From the NCBI GenBank assembly GCA_964389675.1, contig CAYMEV010000001.1:1-64000 (forward strand): a DNA stretch of 64,000 nucleotides, written 5' to 3'. The stretch comes from an uncultured Candidatus Sumerlaeota bacterium (GTDB taxonomy: Bacteria; CAYMEV01). Shown piece by piece: positions 18,733 through 29,260 of this stretch (position 1 is the first letter of the stretch; the number at the start of each line of letters is the position of its first letter). Both the position numbers and the translations under genes were made by a program. The notes beneath the pieces are model-generated. The model was not told where the DNA came from. It was given only the letters and a program-made list of their open reading frames with translations, and did not search any database.

Positions 18733-19632
18733 CTATACCTTATCAAGGAGAAAAAACAACAATGGAAGCAATATTTCATGGTGCCCTATGAAATAGTAAC
18801 CCTCGGAGCCCAATGCTTTCGGCCTGCTTACAACATTCTGCATAGGCCTGTAATGCATATTAAAATCAAATACTGCAGTTGTAAAACCGCCAAAATTCCT
18901 GTCAATATTCCTTATAAATGATACTGCTTTCAGGAAGACTTCCGGAAGTATTACAGCTGAACCAATATTGAGATAGATGCCCCCTCCCTTGATTTCCTTG
19001 AGATTATCAATAAACATCCTGAAATCATGCATGCTTACCCTTCCTATCTTCTCCCCGTCTGCCTCAGGGTGCATATGTATTATGTCTGTTCCTATTGCAA
19101 TATGGTATGAAACTGGAATATTCAGTTTATATGCCCAGTAAAATATGCTCTGCTCAATATATCTGGATCCTTTCTCTTCAAGGTAACTGCCATATACCCT
19201 GTATAAGGGGGTATCCTTTTCGGCCGCTTCGGAAAAAAGGCTGTTAAGTGCCCCGCAGGTCTCGTAGGCCATGCCGAATTCGCCATCCTTAAGCGCTTTC
19301 TCGACATCCTCGGAGGTTTTTCCCTCATAAGATATCTCAAAATCATGGATTAAAGAGGCTCCATTCGTGCACAGGGCTGTGATATAGCCTTCTTTCATCA
19401 TCTGTATAATTATAGGAGACAGGCCGCATTTAATAAGATGCGCTCCGAATCCAACGACAAAACCCCTTTTGCCCCTTACTTCCCTTATCTTTCTTACAAA
19501 TTCCAGAAAATTCTTTCCCTGAAGAATGCCGGGAATCAATTCAGAAAGATTATCGCCGATCTTTGAAAAATTATTGACCGAAACTTTGCTGTATCGGTCT
19601 TTAATACTGTATCTCTTTATCTTATCCTTCAT
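18733..19632 (-). CDS. Conserved hypothetical protein, deoxyhypusine-synthase-like
   Basis: GAHLIKCGL, TNGASLIHDFE, IGTDIIH, NIGSAVILPEVFLKA; DHS resemblance judged by eye. Confidence 0.55.
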   Translation of the reverse strand: MKDKIKRYSIKDRYSKVSVNNFSKIGDNLSELIPGILQGKNFLEFVRKIREVRGKRGFVVGFGAHLIKCGLSPIIIQMMKEGYITALCTNGASLIHDFEISYEGKTSEDVEKALKDGEFGMAYETCGALNSLFSEAAEKDTPLYRVYGSYLEEKGSRYIEQSIFYWAYKLNIPVSYHIAIGTDIIHMHPEADGEKIGRVSMHDFRMFIDNLKEIKGGGIYLNIGSAVILPEVFLKAVSFIRNIDRNFGGFTTAVFDFNMHYRPMQNVVSRPKALGSEGYYFIGHHEILLPLLFFLLDKV

Positions 19633-20224
19633 TTACTATCATCTCTTCAACTAACTGGCAGATCATATGCCCGAAAAGAAGATGAATTTCCTGTATCCTG
19701 GGCGTATCTTCTGAATTGACAATGATCGAATCATCGGAAAATGTTTTTGCCTCGCCTCCGGTCTTTCCAAGCAGAGAAAAGCAATAAATACCAATATATC
19801 TCGCTTTTTTTAAGGCTCTCACCAGATTGGCTGAATCCCCGCTTGTTGAGAGACAGATCAGTATATCACCCTTTCTCCCCAGTGCTTCAACCTGTCTTTC
19901 AAATACATTGGCAAAGTCATAATCATTTGATATTGATGTGATATTTGAAGTATCTACTGTCAGCGATAAAGCAGGCAAGGCTTTCCTCTCATGCAGGAAC
20001 CTGTTTACAAATTCAGCGGTTATGTGCTGAGCCTGGGCTGCACTGCCTCCATTTCCGATAAGCATCAGCTTGTTTTCAGTGGAAAATGCATTGCATATCC
20101 TCATTGAGAGGGCAAAGACCTTTTCCTTCCATTCTGCATTGCCCCTGTATTTATCGAGAATATGCTGAAGATCCTGTATATCCTTATCCAAAAATGCCTT
20201 ATAAAATTTTTTATCCTTTTTCAT
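19622..20224 (-). CDS. gmhA: Phosphoheptose isomerase
   Basis: GNGGSAAQAQH, SNDYDF, STSGDS and TPRIQEIH motifs. Confidence 0.93.
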   Translation of the reverse strand: MKKDKKFYKAFLDKDIQDLQHILDKYRGNAEWKEKVFALSMRICNAFSTENKLMLIGNGGSAAQAQHITAEFVNRFLHERKALPALSLTVDTSNITSISNDYDFANVFERQVEALGRKGDILICLSTSGDSANLVRALKKARYIGIYCFSLLGKTGGEAKTFSDDSIIVNSEDTPRIQEIHLLFGHMICQLVEEMIVNEG

Positions 20225-20235
20225 AGCCCACCAGC

Positions 20236-20616
20236 CTAAACATTTTTCTTAAATTCTGAGACAGCCCCTTTTATTGCATAAAGAGGAAGATCTATGCATT
20301 GGAAATCATCATCAGTGAATCCAAGGTTTTTTCTGATCATGGATTTGTCAATCTTTTCAATTTCGCTGGTCTTCATACCCTTGACCAGTTCGGATATATA
20401 GCTGCAGCTTGCAATAATCCTTGGGCATCCCTTTACAAAATAGGAGATATTCTCCACAGCTCCATCCTTTATATCCAGGAAAAATTTGATTTTGTCTGAA
20501 TCAGTTTCATTTTCAGCTTCACAGCTTGCATTAAAGCTTTGTATCATACCTATATTGCGGGGATTCTGGAAATGATCCAGAAACAGCTCATTGTAGCTTC
20601 TAGAAGACACTGCCAT
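20236..20616 (-). CDS. IscU/NifU-N-like scaffold protein (divergent)
   Basis: DHFQNPRNIG, GCPRIIAS, C-terminal Cys; overlaps the cysteine desulfurase stop. Confidence 0.8.
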   Translation of the reverse strand: MAVSSRSYNELFLDHFQNPRNIGMIQSFNASCEAENETDSDKIKFFLDIKDGAVENISYFVKGCPRIIASCSYISELVKGMKTSEIEKIDKSMIRKNLGFTDDDFQCIDLPLYAIKGAVSEFKKNV

Positions 20617-21751
20617 AACTCCTTAATTTTTCAACTGTTATTTTTAATTTATCTATGAAATAGGCAATCTGTCCATCATCATTGTCAATACCGGTGGAAA
20701 CCCTTATTGCGGATCTTGCAAGCTCTTCATCAATGCCCATCTTTTCCAGCACCCTTGAATATCCTTTTTCCGCTTTCTTATGAGATGCACAGGCAGAAGC
20801 AGTAGAGACTGCAATCTGGTGCATGCTCAGCATTTCAGCTATGGATTCGCCGCTTAGACCTGCAAAGCTTATATTTAATATATTAGGCAGGCTTCTTTCT
20901 ATGTCCTGGTTCAGGCTGAATCCCTCAATATCAGAAAGCCCTGCAATAATTCTGTCTTTCCATTCCCTGTATTTTATGGTGTAATCCCTGAGGATGCCAC
21001 AGCATATTCTGAGAGCTTCTGCCATCCCCGCACATCCGGAAACATTCTCTGTCCCTGACCTTATATTTCTTTCATGCCCTCCGCCGAACATAACAGGAAA
21101 AACATTTATCCCTTTCCTGATATAGAGAAATCCTGCACCCTTCGGGCCGTAAAATTTATGAGAGGATGCCGAAAGCATATCAAAGCCTGTATCCTTTACG
21201 TTGACATCCATTTTCCCCAGTGCCTGGACAGCATCGCTATGAAAGGTTATGCCCTTTTCCCTCGCCATTTCTGATATTTCCCTGACAGGCTGGATCGAAC
21301 CCACTTCATTATTTGCAGTCATTATGGATATCATCGCAGTATCATCATCCATACATTCCTCAAGATGCTCAAGGTTAATAATACCATTTTTATCAACATC
21401 TATGTAAATTATTTTATACCCGTTCTGCCTTAAGAATTCACAGGGTTCAATTACAGCTTCATGCTCAATGCTGGAGATCAGAACCGTTCGTTTACCGGAA
21501 GATCTGCAATGGCCCAATATTGCAATATTATCCGCTTCCGTACCTCCTGACGTAAAATAAATCTCATCCGGGTCTGCATTAATTAACCCGGCAATTGTAT
21601 TTCTTGCATTCTCCAGCACCTCTTTTGCTTCCCTGCCATAGAGATGCCTGCTGGATGCATTGCCGAACTTTTCGACAAAATACTGGCTCATATGGTCATA
21701 TACTTCCCGAAGGACCGGTGTAGTTGCTGAATGATCAAGGTAAACCCTCAC
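20600..21751 (-). CDS. iscS: Cysteine desulfurase (IscS/NifS group I)
   Basis: YLDHSATT, FTSGGTE, ANNEVG, HSDAVQ, SSHKFYGPKG and STASACAS motifs. Confidence 0.88.
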   Translation of the reverse strand: MRVYLDHSATTPVLREVYDHMSQYFVEKFGNASSRHLYGREAKEVLENARNTIAGLINADPDEIYFTSGGTEADNIAILGHCRSSGKRTVLISSIEHEAVIEPCEFLRQNGYKIIYIDVDKNGIINLEHLEECMDDDTAMISIMTANNEVGSIQPVREISEMAREKGITFHSDAVQALGKMDVNVKDTGFDMLSASSHKFYGPKGAGFLYIRKGINVFPVMFGGGHERNIRSGTENVSGCAGMAEALRICCGILRDYTIKYREWKDRIIAGLSDIEGFSLNQDIERSLPNILNISFAGLSGESIAEMLSMHQIAVSTASACASHKKAEKGYSRVLEKMGIDEELARSAIRVSTGIDNDDGQIAYFIDKLKITVEKLRSYGSVF

Positions 21752-21778
21752 GTTTTCCTCCTTGCCTCTCCTGTTTAT

Positions 21779-23911
21779 TTATTGGATGGCACCTATCAGA
21801 AAAAGATAGAAATTCGATATGTTCTTTACAGAATAGTACGGGAAATCTCCGAATATTGAATCTTCTTTCAGTACAGCGCTGGAAAGAAGCGCCCTTGCCC
21901 TGTCAATGGACCCTAAATTGTATGAGCATATGCCGCTGTAAAGTTCAGGGCTTCCATACATTATACCAAGATTGGAATAATTTGATATCATGCTGAAACC
22001 CTCTTTTAATGCCTTTTCATATAATCCGAAATGCATATAGCACAATCCCATATTAAGATAGTAAACATCCCTGAAGAACGGCCTTTTTTCTTTATTGAGG
22101 CTGAAAAATATCTTGGCCAGAATAAGGTTATAGTTCAGATCCCTCGAATAGCCATACTCCCTGGGAATGACAGATACAGGGATTTCCATGTCCACTGTCC
22201 CTTTAAGCCTGCTTATCTGCAGGACTATCTTATCATCAATGCTTATTGTTGATAAATATTCCCTGAATTCCTCAGCTGAGTTAATCTCATTCCCGTCAAC
22301 AGACATAATAAGGTCATAATTTTCAATACCGATGCTGTTTGCCGGGCTCCCGGGATAGACCTTAACAACGATAAGCCCATTATTCTCTGAAGGGTTTGAA
22401 ATAAGCTCCATTCCGACCCAGTTTTCTGTAAATACTATATCTTTATCCATATTTATAATAAAATTATACAGAAAAGCGGTCTCTTTTGTTGCAAGCCTCA
22501 TAACAGAAGGCTTATGATGAGAAAAATGATAGAAATGTACGTCAAATTCCCTGTCAATTGACAATGGGTCCAGGATACCAAATGCAATTACATCAAAATT
22601 ATATTTGGAATGCAGAGACTGAAGGACTTCCCGCAGTTCTTCCGAAGAACCGCCATTCATGACCAGGCTGTAAAGCTCTGCATATCGCACGTCATTCCTT
22701 AGATCATCGAAAAATATATTATAGCTCTGCATCCTGTCAAGCAGCTTATTGAACTCTTCAATATTAGGGCTTTCAAAGCTCTGCCCATTCCGGTCATAAA
22801 GGCCCAGCCATAGTATTGTAGGCTTAAAGACTACCTCTTCAAATTTTCTTCTGGAGCTGTCAATTTTTACCTTCTTTGTCCATATGCCCCCTTTAATATC
22901 CACAACCCTGATGATATGGTCGCCGTAACATATATTCTCAATAAGATTCATCTGCATATTATACGGCTGATCATCTATATATACCCTTGCGCCTGAAAGA
23001 TCGCCAATAAGCTCAATACTGCCTGTCTGGGATAACATGAATATTTCATCGATCTTATAATCATCTATTGATTCTATATATACCTCTCTGGTCTCAGTCC
23101 TGTAGCAGGCACTGGAAAAGGTGACTGTAACCTGTCCTATGGGTATTTCATTAATTATCAGGGGGTCTGATATGATATCTGTCCCGGAGTATATGGACCT
23201 GTTGCCTGGTTTATATGACTCTGAATCAGTGCTTCCGACAAACTTGTCGTTCAGATAGACATCGACATCCGGCGGACAGGTTCTTACCTCCAGGGAGGCA
23301 GCGGTCCTTTCAAGGTCTTCTTTGATATTAACATCCTTGTTTACATCAATATTCCTGACAATTTCACCGTAATTAGGCTTATTTATTCTAAGCTCATAAT
23401 TGCCATAATTGATTCTTTTATTCTTTAATGGGCTTTCCCCGATTAATCTCGTATCAATAAAAATTTTTGCCCCTTCAGGATTCGTGGTTATATTCACAGC
23501 TGCAGTGTTTTCCTTCCTGATTTTTTCAAAAGCATTTATTATGGTGCTTGAAATGATGCTTGCATCCGGATTATAATCCGGATTTTTCACCACAATCATT
23601 TTAAACTCAGCGTTTGCACTGTCAAGCTGGCCGGTATTATAATACGTTATGCCGATAAACATATGAGAATCAAGGACCATTGCTTCCAGTACCTGCAGAT
23701 CTTCTTCAGATGCCTTATCAAAAATCAGACCTGCATCTTCTATTATCTTGTTAAACAGGGGTATGCATTCCTGCTGTGAAACAGAAAAATGGATTGCCTT
23801 TGCCCTGACAAATTCATCCTGCAGATCTTTCATAAATTCACTATGCTCCTGTGAAAACAGGAGATTTAAGATTAAAAGATTAAAAAAAAGAAATAATGCA
23901 ATTTTTCTCAT
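21779..23911 (-). CDS. Secreted PEGA and PDZ domain protein with TPR-like helices
   Basis: Signal peptide; ITTNPEGAKIFID PEGA repeats; VVKVYPGSPA...DLIMSVDG PDZ domain. Confidence 0.8.
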   Translation of the reverse strand: MRKIALFLFFNLLILNLLFSQEHSEFMKDLQDEFVRAKAIHFSVSQQECIPLFNKIIEDAGLIFDKASEEDLQVLEAMVLDSHMFIGITYYNTGQLDSANAEFKMIVVKNPDYNPDASIISSTIINAFEKIRKENTAAVNITTNPEGAKIFIDTRLIGESPLKNKRINYGNYELRINKPNYGEIVRNIDVNKDVNIKEDLERTAASLEVRTCPPDVDVYLNDKFVGSTDSESYKPGNRSIYSGTDIISDPLIINEIPIGQVTVTFSSACYRTETREVYIESIDDYKIDEIFMLSQTGSIELIGDLSGARVYIDDQPYNMQMNLIENICYGDHIIRVVDIKGGIWTKKVKIDSSRRKFEEVVFKPTILWLGLYDRNGQSFESPNIEEFNKLLDRMQSYNIFFDDLRNDVRYAELYSLVMNGGSSEELREVLQSLHSKYNFDVIAFGILDPLSIDREFDVHFYHFSHHKPSVMRLATKETAFLYNFIINMDKDIVFTENWVGMELISNPSENNGLIVVKVYPGSPANSIGIENYDLIMSVDGNEINSAEEFREYLSTISIDDKIVLQISRLKGTVDMEIPVSVIPREYGYSRDLNYNLILAKIFFSLNKEKRPFFRDVYYLNMGLCYMHFGLYEKALKEGFSMISNYSNLGIMYGSPELYSGICSYNLGSIDRARALLSSAVLKEDSIFGDFPYYSVKNISNFYLFLIGAIQ

Positions 23912-23925
23912 ATCTTCTCCCCTTT

Positions 23926-25401
23926 TTACTTAAGAAGATGAACATCGTGATCGCTTTCGGTCACTGCAATGGATCCATCAGGCATAAACCCGATTTTCTG
24001 CGCCTTTTCTATATTGAAAAGCTTAAGGTTAATATTGGCAATCGGCGATATATTATAATCATATATCCAGAGTATGCCGTCGCTGTCCAGTATATACAGG
24101 TTGCCTATGAAATCCACAGCCAGGTCTATTGCCTGATTTATATTGTAATTATTGCCGTCAAATTGCTTATTGGAAATAAATTCTCCATCTGTTGATATGA
24201 CATTTATTGTCCCGAATTTATTTGAGATCAGAAAGACCCTGTCAAAATTGTCCACAGTCATAATCTCATCACTTACAGCGTATCCCCTGAAGATATCCAT
24301 CATGTATTTTCCGTTCTGATCAAATACCAGGACAGAATCAAAGGATTCGTCCAGAGCATAAATATTAAGCTCCTTGTCAAAGGATACAAACCTTAAATCC
24401 CTTAGCTCCTTGCCTCCTTTGTTCAGGCCTATAAAACTGCCGTCGATATAAAGCCGTCTGCTGTCGTTTATAATAAGCCTGCCGGCTGGATCGAAAAAAA
24501 CCCTTTCCGGGCTTTTGAGATTGCTTACTATTGTCCTCTGATACTTGAGGTCCTTGCTGTACTCTGTCAGATTCTTCGCTTTTGAATCCAGGTAGTAAAA
24601 ACTTCTTATGTCGCCGGAGCATGAAACTATCCTTTTTGATTCGCCTTTAAGGTTTATATCATATGCATAGTAAAGATAATTTGTCTTTTTTGATTTATAT
24701 TTAAGTATTCTTATCAGGTGTGTTGAGTAAGCTTCAGATCTAAGGAGGTCATCCGGGGATTCTGTAAATTCAAGTGATTTTGAAAGGGCGATCAAAGCAT
24801 TTTCAAGGTCTATATTCTTAAAATAATACCTGGCAAGGATCCCATATGGATCGAGAGTATCTTTGGATCCGACTGAATAAAGATACTTTTCCATAAACCA
24901 TATTGCCCTCTCAATATTGCCTGTTTTTTCAAAAAGAAGGCTTAGATTATATAATGCTTTCTTCCAGTAATGTGATTTTGGATATATATTAATAATTCTC
25001 AGAAAATCTGCGATCGACTTATTGATATCATAATATGCTTCTCCATCCAGGTTATAGATCTCTCCCCTGAGAAAGTAAGCCTTTGACACAGTTTCATCCT
25101 CTCTTGAAACATCTATTGTCTTTTGAAGGTATTCAAATGCCTTTCCTGTATCTCTTTTTTGCTCGAAATAATACTCTCCAAGAAGAAGAGAAGCTCTTCC
25201 GGCATATATTGTATTGCTGTATTTTTCAATTATCAGGTTCAGGTCAGGCAGGGCCTGATCATATTTGCCGAGAGAGAAAAGGCTCTGGGCATTCTGAAAA
25301 TACCTCTGGGCTATTACAGAATCATTATCAGCACATATGCCCAGGCTAAAAACAAAAAATAAAACTGCTATAAATGCATTTTGCATATAATATTTTTTCA
25401 T
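23926..25401 (-). CDS. Secreted TPR (BamD/YfiO-like) plus NHL beta-propeller protein
   Basis: Signal peptide, TPR helices, then DLAVDFIGNLYILD-type NHL repeats. Confidence 0.75.
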   Translation of the reverse strand: MKKYYMQNAFIAVLFFVFSLGICADNDSVIAQRYFQNAQSLFSLGKYDQALPDLNLIIEKYSNTIYAGRASLLLGEYYFEQKRDTGKAFEYLQKTIDVSREDETVSKAYFLRGEIYNLDGEAYYDINKSIADFLRIINIYPKSHYWKKALYNLSLLFEKTGNIERAIWFMEKYLYSVGSKDTLDPYGILARYYFKNIDLENALIALSKSLEFTESPDDLLRSEAYSTHLIRILKYKSKKTNYLYYAYDINLKGESKRIVSCSGDIRSFYYLDSKAKNLTEYSKDLKYQRTIVSNLKSPERVFFDPAGRLIINDSRRLYIDGSFIGLNKGGKELRDLRFVSFDKELNIYALDESFDSVLVFDQNGKYMMDIFRGYAVSDEIMTVDNFDRVFLISNKFGTINVISTDGEFISNKQFDGNNYNINQAIDLAVDFIGNLYILDSDGILWIYDYNISPIANINLKLFNIEKAQKIGFMPDGSIAVTESDHDVHLLK

Positions 25402-25431
25402 ATTTATACCCCTTTATATAAAAGGTTTTCA

Positions 25432-27558
25432 TCAATTTAACGCAAACATTGGAAGGGTCTTTCTCTCACCCGGAAAAATTTCGAAGCTGAATTCCTTTCT
25501 CTGATTGAACTGCTCCCAATGAACTGTAACTGTATAAGTTCCGGCGGCTATTTTATAATTCATAATAGGGGGTTCCTGATCAAGGAGAACTGAGTTTATA
25601 TAAACTCTGCATTTAGAAGGTGTTGCAGTAATATCGACAGATCCTGATCCAGGGGATTCAACAGTTATGTTCTCGTTTTCCCTCACAAGAAATGATTTTT
25701 CAAAGTGGAAAAATACATTTTCACCAGAAAGTTTAACAGTATATCTTCCGGGATCGAGAGCAAATGATTTATCACCTGTGACCCTGCCTTTGTTTTTTCC
25801 ATTTATCATAACACTTACCCTGTAGCCTGATCTAATAGTAATAGTACCAGGAACCGGCTTTTTTTCAAGAGGCACTGTCACTTTATTTTCTTTAAGAATA
25901 AGCTCCCTGGTCAGTTTTATATTCTTATCCTTATAACCGTCCTTTTTCATGGTCAGAGACATGGAGCTGTCATCATCAAATATAATATCCAGAGGTGTAG
26001 TACCTATTTTTTCTCCGTTTTTATAAACTTCAGCTTCAGGAGGTTCTGTATCTATTGATGACCTCAGGACCATATTATCAGTATTAAAGGCAAAAGACAG
26101 GCCGTCCTCAAGATTTTCGATATTAATGCAATTTTCAGGAATCGTGGTTATTTTCCCCTCAAGAAGGCTGAAACTACACTTAAATACATAATTTTTATTG
26201 CCTGTATCATGAAGCATTATATCAGAATTCTCAACTTTCCCGTTCATGTCCAGGTAGTACTCTCCCTCTTTCATATTGAAAGCCCCATGCAGATCAACTT
26301 CCTGTCCTTCTTTAAGATTAAATACAATTCTTTTCATATCCGGTTTTCCTGAATCATCCTGGACTGCAGCCTCCTTGTTATAAAGAAAGTCAAGCATGGA
26401 TGCATTGAAGATTTTGCCCTTATCTATAAAAAGAATATAAAACAGCGATATGATAATTACAGTGAACAGCCCGAATAAAAGATATTTAATCCTGTGCGCT
26501 TTCTTTTCCAGTTTCTGTATTTCATCAACAAAGTCCTGATGTTTATCCGACATCTTTTCATCATCAAATGAATCATGGACCTCAAAATCAACTGCAGGGT
26601 TGATAAGTACTTCATCAGGGGTGATCTCTTCCTGGGTATATACACTGTTTATCAGCTCTCCAATATTCTCTTCTGAAAAATAATATCCCTTTTTCAGGGC
26701 ATAATCATTTATATCAACAATAAGCTGTTTTGAGTTCTGGTAACGGTCTTCCCTATTCTTTGCAAGGCATTTCATCACTATCGATTCCAGGTCACTGTCA
26801 ATATATGGAACAACGCCTGAAATAGGAGGAATATCTGCCTGTTTTATCTTATAAAGCACAGTAAACTGGCTTTCGCCTACAAAAAGCCTTTTTGAAGATA
26901 ATAATTCATAAAAGATTATACCCAGGGAAAACAGATCACTCCTCTGGTCTATCTCGATACCCTCAATCTGTTCGGGGCTCAGATATCCGATTTTCCCTTT
27001 TATTTCACCGGTAGAGGTACTTCCTGTAGGCAATCCTTCAATCTTAGCAATTCCAAAATCCATGAGCTTCACCTCGCCCTTGTCAGATATCATGATATTT
27101 GACGGGGTGACATCTCTGTGTACAAGATCAAGAGGCTTTCCGTGCATATCTTTGAGAGAATGTATGTAATGCAGGGCTTTTGCTATATTCAGTACAATTC
27201 CAAGGGATATCTGTATCGGTATTCTTTTCATTCCCTTCTGCAGTTTTTCTATCAGGTCCCTGAGCGTAAAACCATTGATGAATTCCATTATCAGAAGGTA
27301 TTCATCACCGTACTTAATAAAGTCATATACCTTGCATATATTATTATGATTCAGCATAGCTGCGAGTTTTGCTTCCCTGGTGAACATTTTTATAAACCTG
27401 TTGTCAGAAGAAAATTGATGCAATATCTTCTTTATTGCTACCAGCTTTGAAAATCCTTCACTCCCCTTTTGCCTGCATAGGAACACATCAGCCATACCGC
27501 CAGTGGCGATATGCCTTATCAATTGAAACCTGGGAGGAAGCAAAACATTATCATTCAT
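25432..27558 (-). CDS. Hanks-type Ser/Thr protein kinase with TM helix and PEGA domains
   Basis: GGMADV, VAIK, HRDVTPSN, DFG, YLSPE; TM segment; DTEPPEAEV...GTTPL PEGA. Confidence 0.92.
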   Translation of the reverse strand: MNDNVLLPPRFQLIRHIATGGMADVFLCRQKGSEGFSKLVAIKKILHQFSSDNRFIKMFTREAKLAAMLNHNNICKVYDFIKYGDEYLLIMEFINGFTLRDLIEKLQKGMKRIPIQISLGIVLNIAKALHYIHSLKDMHGKPLDLVHRDVTPSNIMISDKGEVKLMDFGIAKIEGLPTGSTSTGEIKGKIGYLSPEQIEGIEIDQRSDLFSLGIIFYELLSSKRLFVGESQFTVLYKIKQADIPPISGVVPYIDSDLESIVMKCLAKNREDRYQNSKQLIVDINDYALKKGYYFSEENIGELINSVYTQEEITPDEVLINPAVDFEVHDSFDDEKMSDKHQDFVDEIQKLEKKAHRIKYLLFGLFTVIIISLFYILFIDKGKIFNASMLDFLYNKEAAVQDDSGKPDMKRIVFNLKEGQEVDLHGAFNMKEGEYYLDMNGKVENSDIMLHDTGNKNYVFKCSFSLLEGKITTIPENCINIENLEDGLSFAFNTDNMVLRSSIDTEPPEAEVYKNGEKIGTTPLDIIFDDDSSMSLTMKKDGYKDKNIKLTRELILKENKVTVPLEKKPVPGTITIRSGYRVSVMINGKNKGRVTGDKSFALDPGRYTVKLSGENVFFHFEKSFLVRENENITVESPGSGSVDITATPSKCRVYINSVLLDQEPPIMNYKIAAGTYTVTVHWEQFNQRKEFSFEIFPGERKTLPMFALN

Positions 27559-27745
27559 TACTTATATCCTGTTTACGTTCAATTAACTGCATTTTCTATA
27601 TTATAATGCCTGTAAAAATGCAAGATATATTTGCATTATAGCAAAAGAGAATTTTTTATCAATTAAATACCAAGATCAAAATAGCTTAGCCCTGTCTTAT
27701 TGAATTTAATACCTGCCTGCCTGGCCAATAAATAATATAAATATA

Positions 27746-27774
27746 TTGACTTTTTTATTTATAATGATTAGAAT
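27746..27774 (+). promoter_or_regulatory. Putative sigma70 promoter of the MglA-like gene
   Basis: TTGACT-N17-TAGAAT. Confidence 0.55.
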
Positions 27775-27841
27775 GAAAATATTAAACAGGGTAATTTATC
27801 CTTTATAAATGTATAATATATTAAGGAATATATTTTAGGCA

Positions 27842-29260
27842 ATGGTATTTTTTAACTATTCTACCAAACTCATGGCTGCAAAGATAGTGTATTACGGCCC
27901 GGGTTTATGCGGCAAAACAACCAACCTTCAATATATCTACAATAAAACTTCCCCCAAGGCAAGGGGTGAAATGGTTTCTTTAGCAACAGAGACAGACAGG
28001 ACGCTCTTTTTTGATCTGCTGCCTCTCGATGTCGGTTCAATAGCAGGTTTTAAGGCAAGGTTCCAGCTTTACACTGTTCCAGGACAGGTTTTTTATAATT
28101 CTACAAGAAGGCTTGTGCTGAAGGGTGTAGATGCAATAGTATTTGTTGCAGACAGCCAGAAGCCCATGATGGATGCAAACATTGAAAGCTTTTCCAATAT
28201 GGTGGATAATCTTAGTTCGCATAATTTGAACATTGAGAATATTCCGTATGTCATACAGTACAATAAAAGAGACCTGCTGAATATACTGAGCATTGAGGAA
28301 CTGAATAAAAAGCTGAACAAGGATGATGTTCCCTGGTTTGAAGCCATTGCAATTACCGGCAAGGGTGTTATAGATACACTCAAAGGCATATCCAAGCTGA
28401 CAATAAAGCACCTCAGGAAAAAGGCCCAGGAACAGGTATCGACACCATCAGTAAAACCAAGTTTTACCATGGAGAGAAAGCCTCAGGAACCCCTTTCAAT
28501 CACCAAACCAAAGGAACCTGCAGTGATACACTCAGATAATGCAGCATCTCAGGATTCCCAGGTTCAGCACGGAGAAAAAAAGCTTACCCTGAAAGAGAAG
28601 CTCGACCTGCTGAAACAGAAACGTGAAACCATAAAACAGCAGGAAAGCGAAATCGAAGCCAAAGCTGAAGAGATATCAAGGCAGAGGGAAACCGAAACAG
28701 AATCCGAGATTGCAGGCAGCAGCCAGTCAGAAAATAATGACAATGCTGAATATGAATCAGAGCCGACTGAAGAAATTCATTATAATTACAGCGAGGCAGA
28801 AGACCTGCAAAGCAATCCAGGCAGTTCTGATGATATAGAAAGCTCACTTGATAATCTCAAGGAGATGCTTCTGAAGAATGAAGAGCAGGCAGACGAAGCA
28901 ACTGAGGAAGAAGAATCAGGCAATATTGACTCAATGCTGTCTTCAGTCTATTCATCTGTATTCTCTGAAAAAGATACCGAGATCAGCAGGGATACAGACC
29001 GGATGCTGAACGAATACCTGCTGTCCAATGTCCCGGATATAATTCAGGAGATTACCATAGAAAAAGAGTTTACAGTCAGCCTTGAGCCGGATATATACAA
29101 TAATCTTCAGGATGCAGAGGTTGAATTAAGTTTCCGAAATGAAAACCAGAATACTATAAAGCAGAATTTCAAACTGCAGATTTCAAAACCGCATAAAACT
29201 ATTCCGCAAAATTTGGTTCTTAACCTAAAATTTAATGTAAAAGGAGAGAAAAAAAAATGA
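27842..29260 (+). CDS. mglA: MglA-family small GTPase with long C-terminal extension
   Basis: KIVYYGPGLCGKTTN, DRTLFFD, YTVPGQ, VFVADS and NKRD motifs in the first ~190 aa. Confidence 0.85.
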   Translation: MVFFNYSTKLMAAKIVYYGPGLCGKTTNLQYIYNKTSPKARGEMVSLATETDRTLFFDLLPLDVGSIAGFKARFQLYTVPGQVFYNSTRRLVLKGVDAIVFVADSQKPMMDANIESFSNMVDNLSSHNLNIENIPYVIQYNKRDLLNILSIEELNKKLNKDDVPWFEAIAITGKGVIDTLKGISKLTIKHLRKKAQEQVSTPSVKPSFTMERKPQEPLSITKPKEPAVIHSDNAASQDSQVQHGEKKLTLKEKLDLLKQKRETIKQQESEIEAKAEEISRQRETETESEIAGSSQSENNDNAEYESEPTEEIHYNYSEAEDLQSNPGSSDDIESSLDNLKEMLLKNEEQADEATEEEESGNIDSMLSSVYSSVFSEKDTEISRDTDRMLNEYLLSNVPDIIQEITIEKEFTVSLEPDIYNNLQDAEVELSFRNENQNTIKQNFKLQISKPHKTIPQNLVLNLKFNVKGEKKK

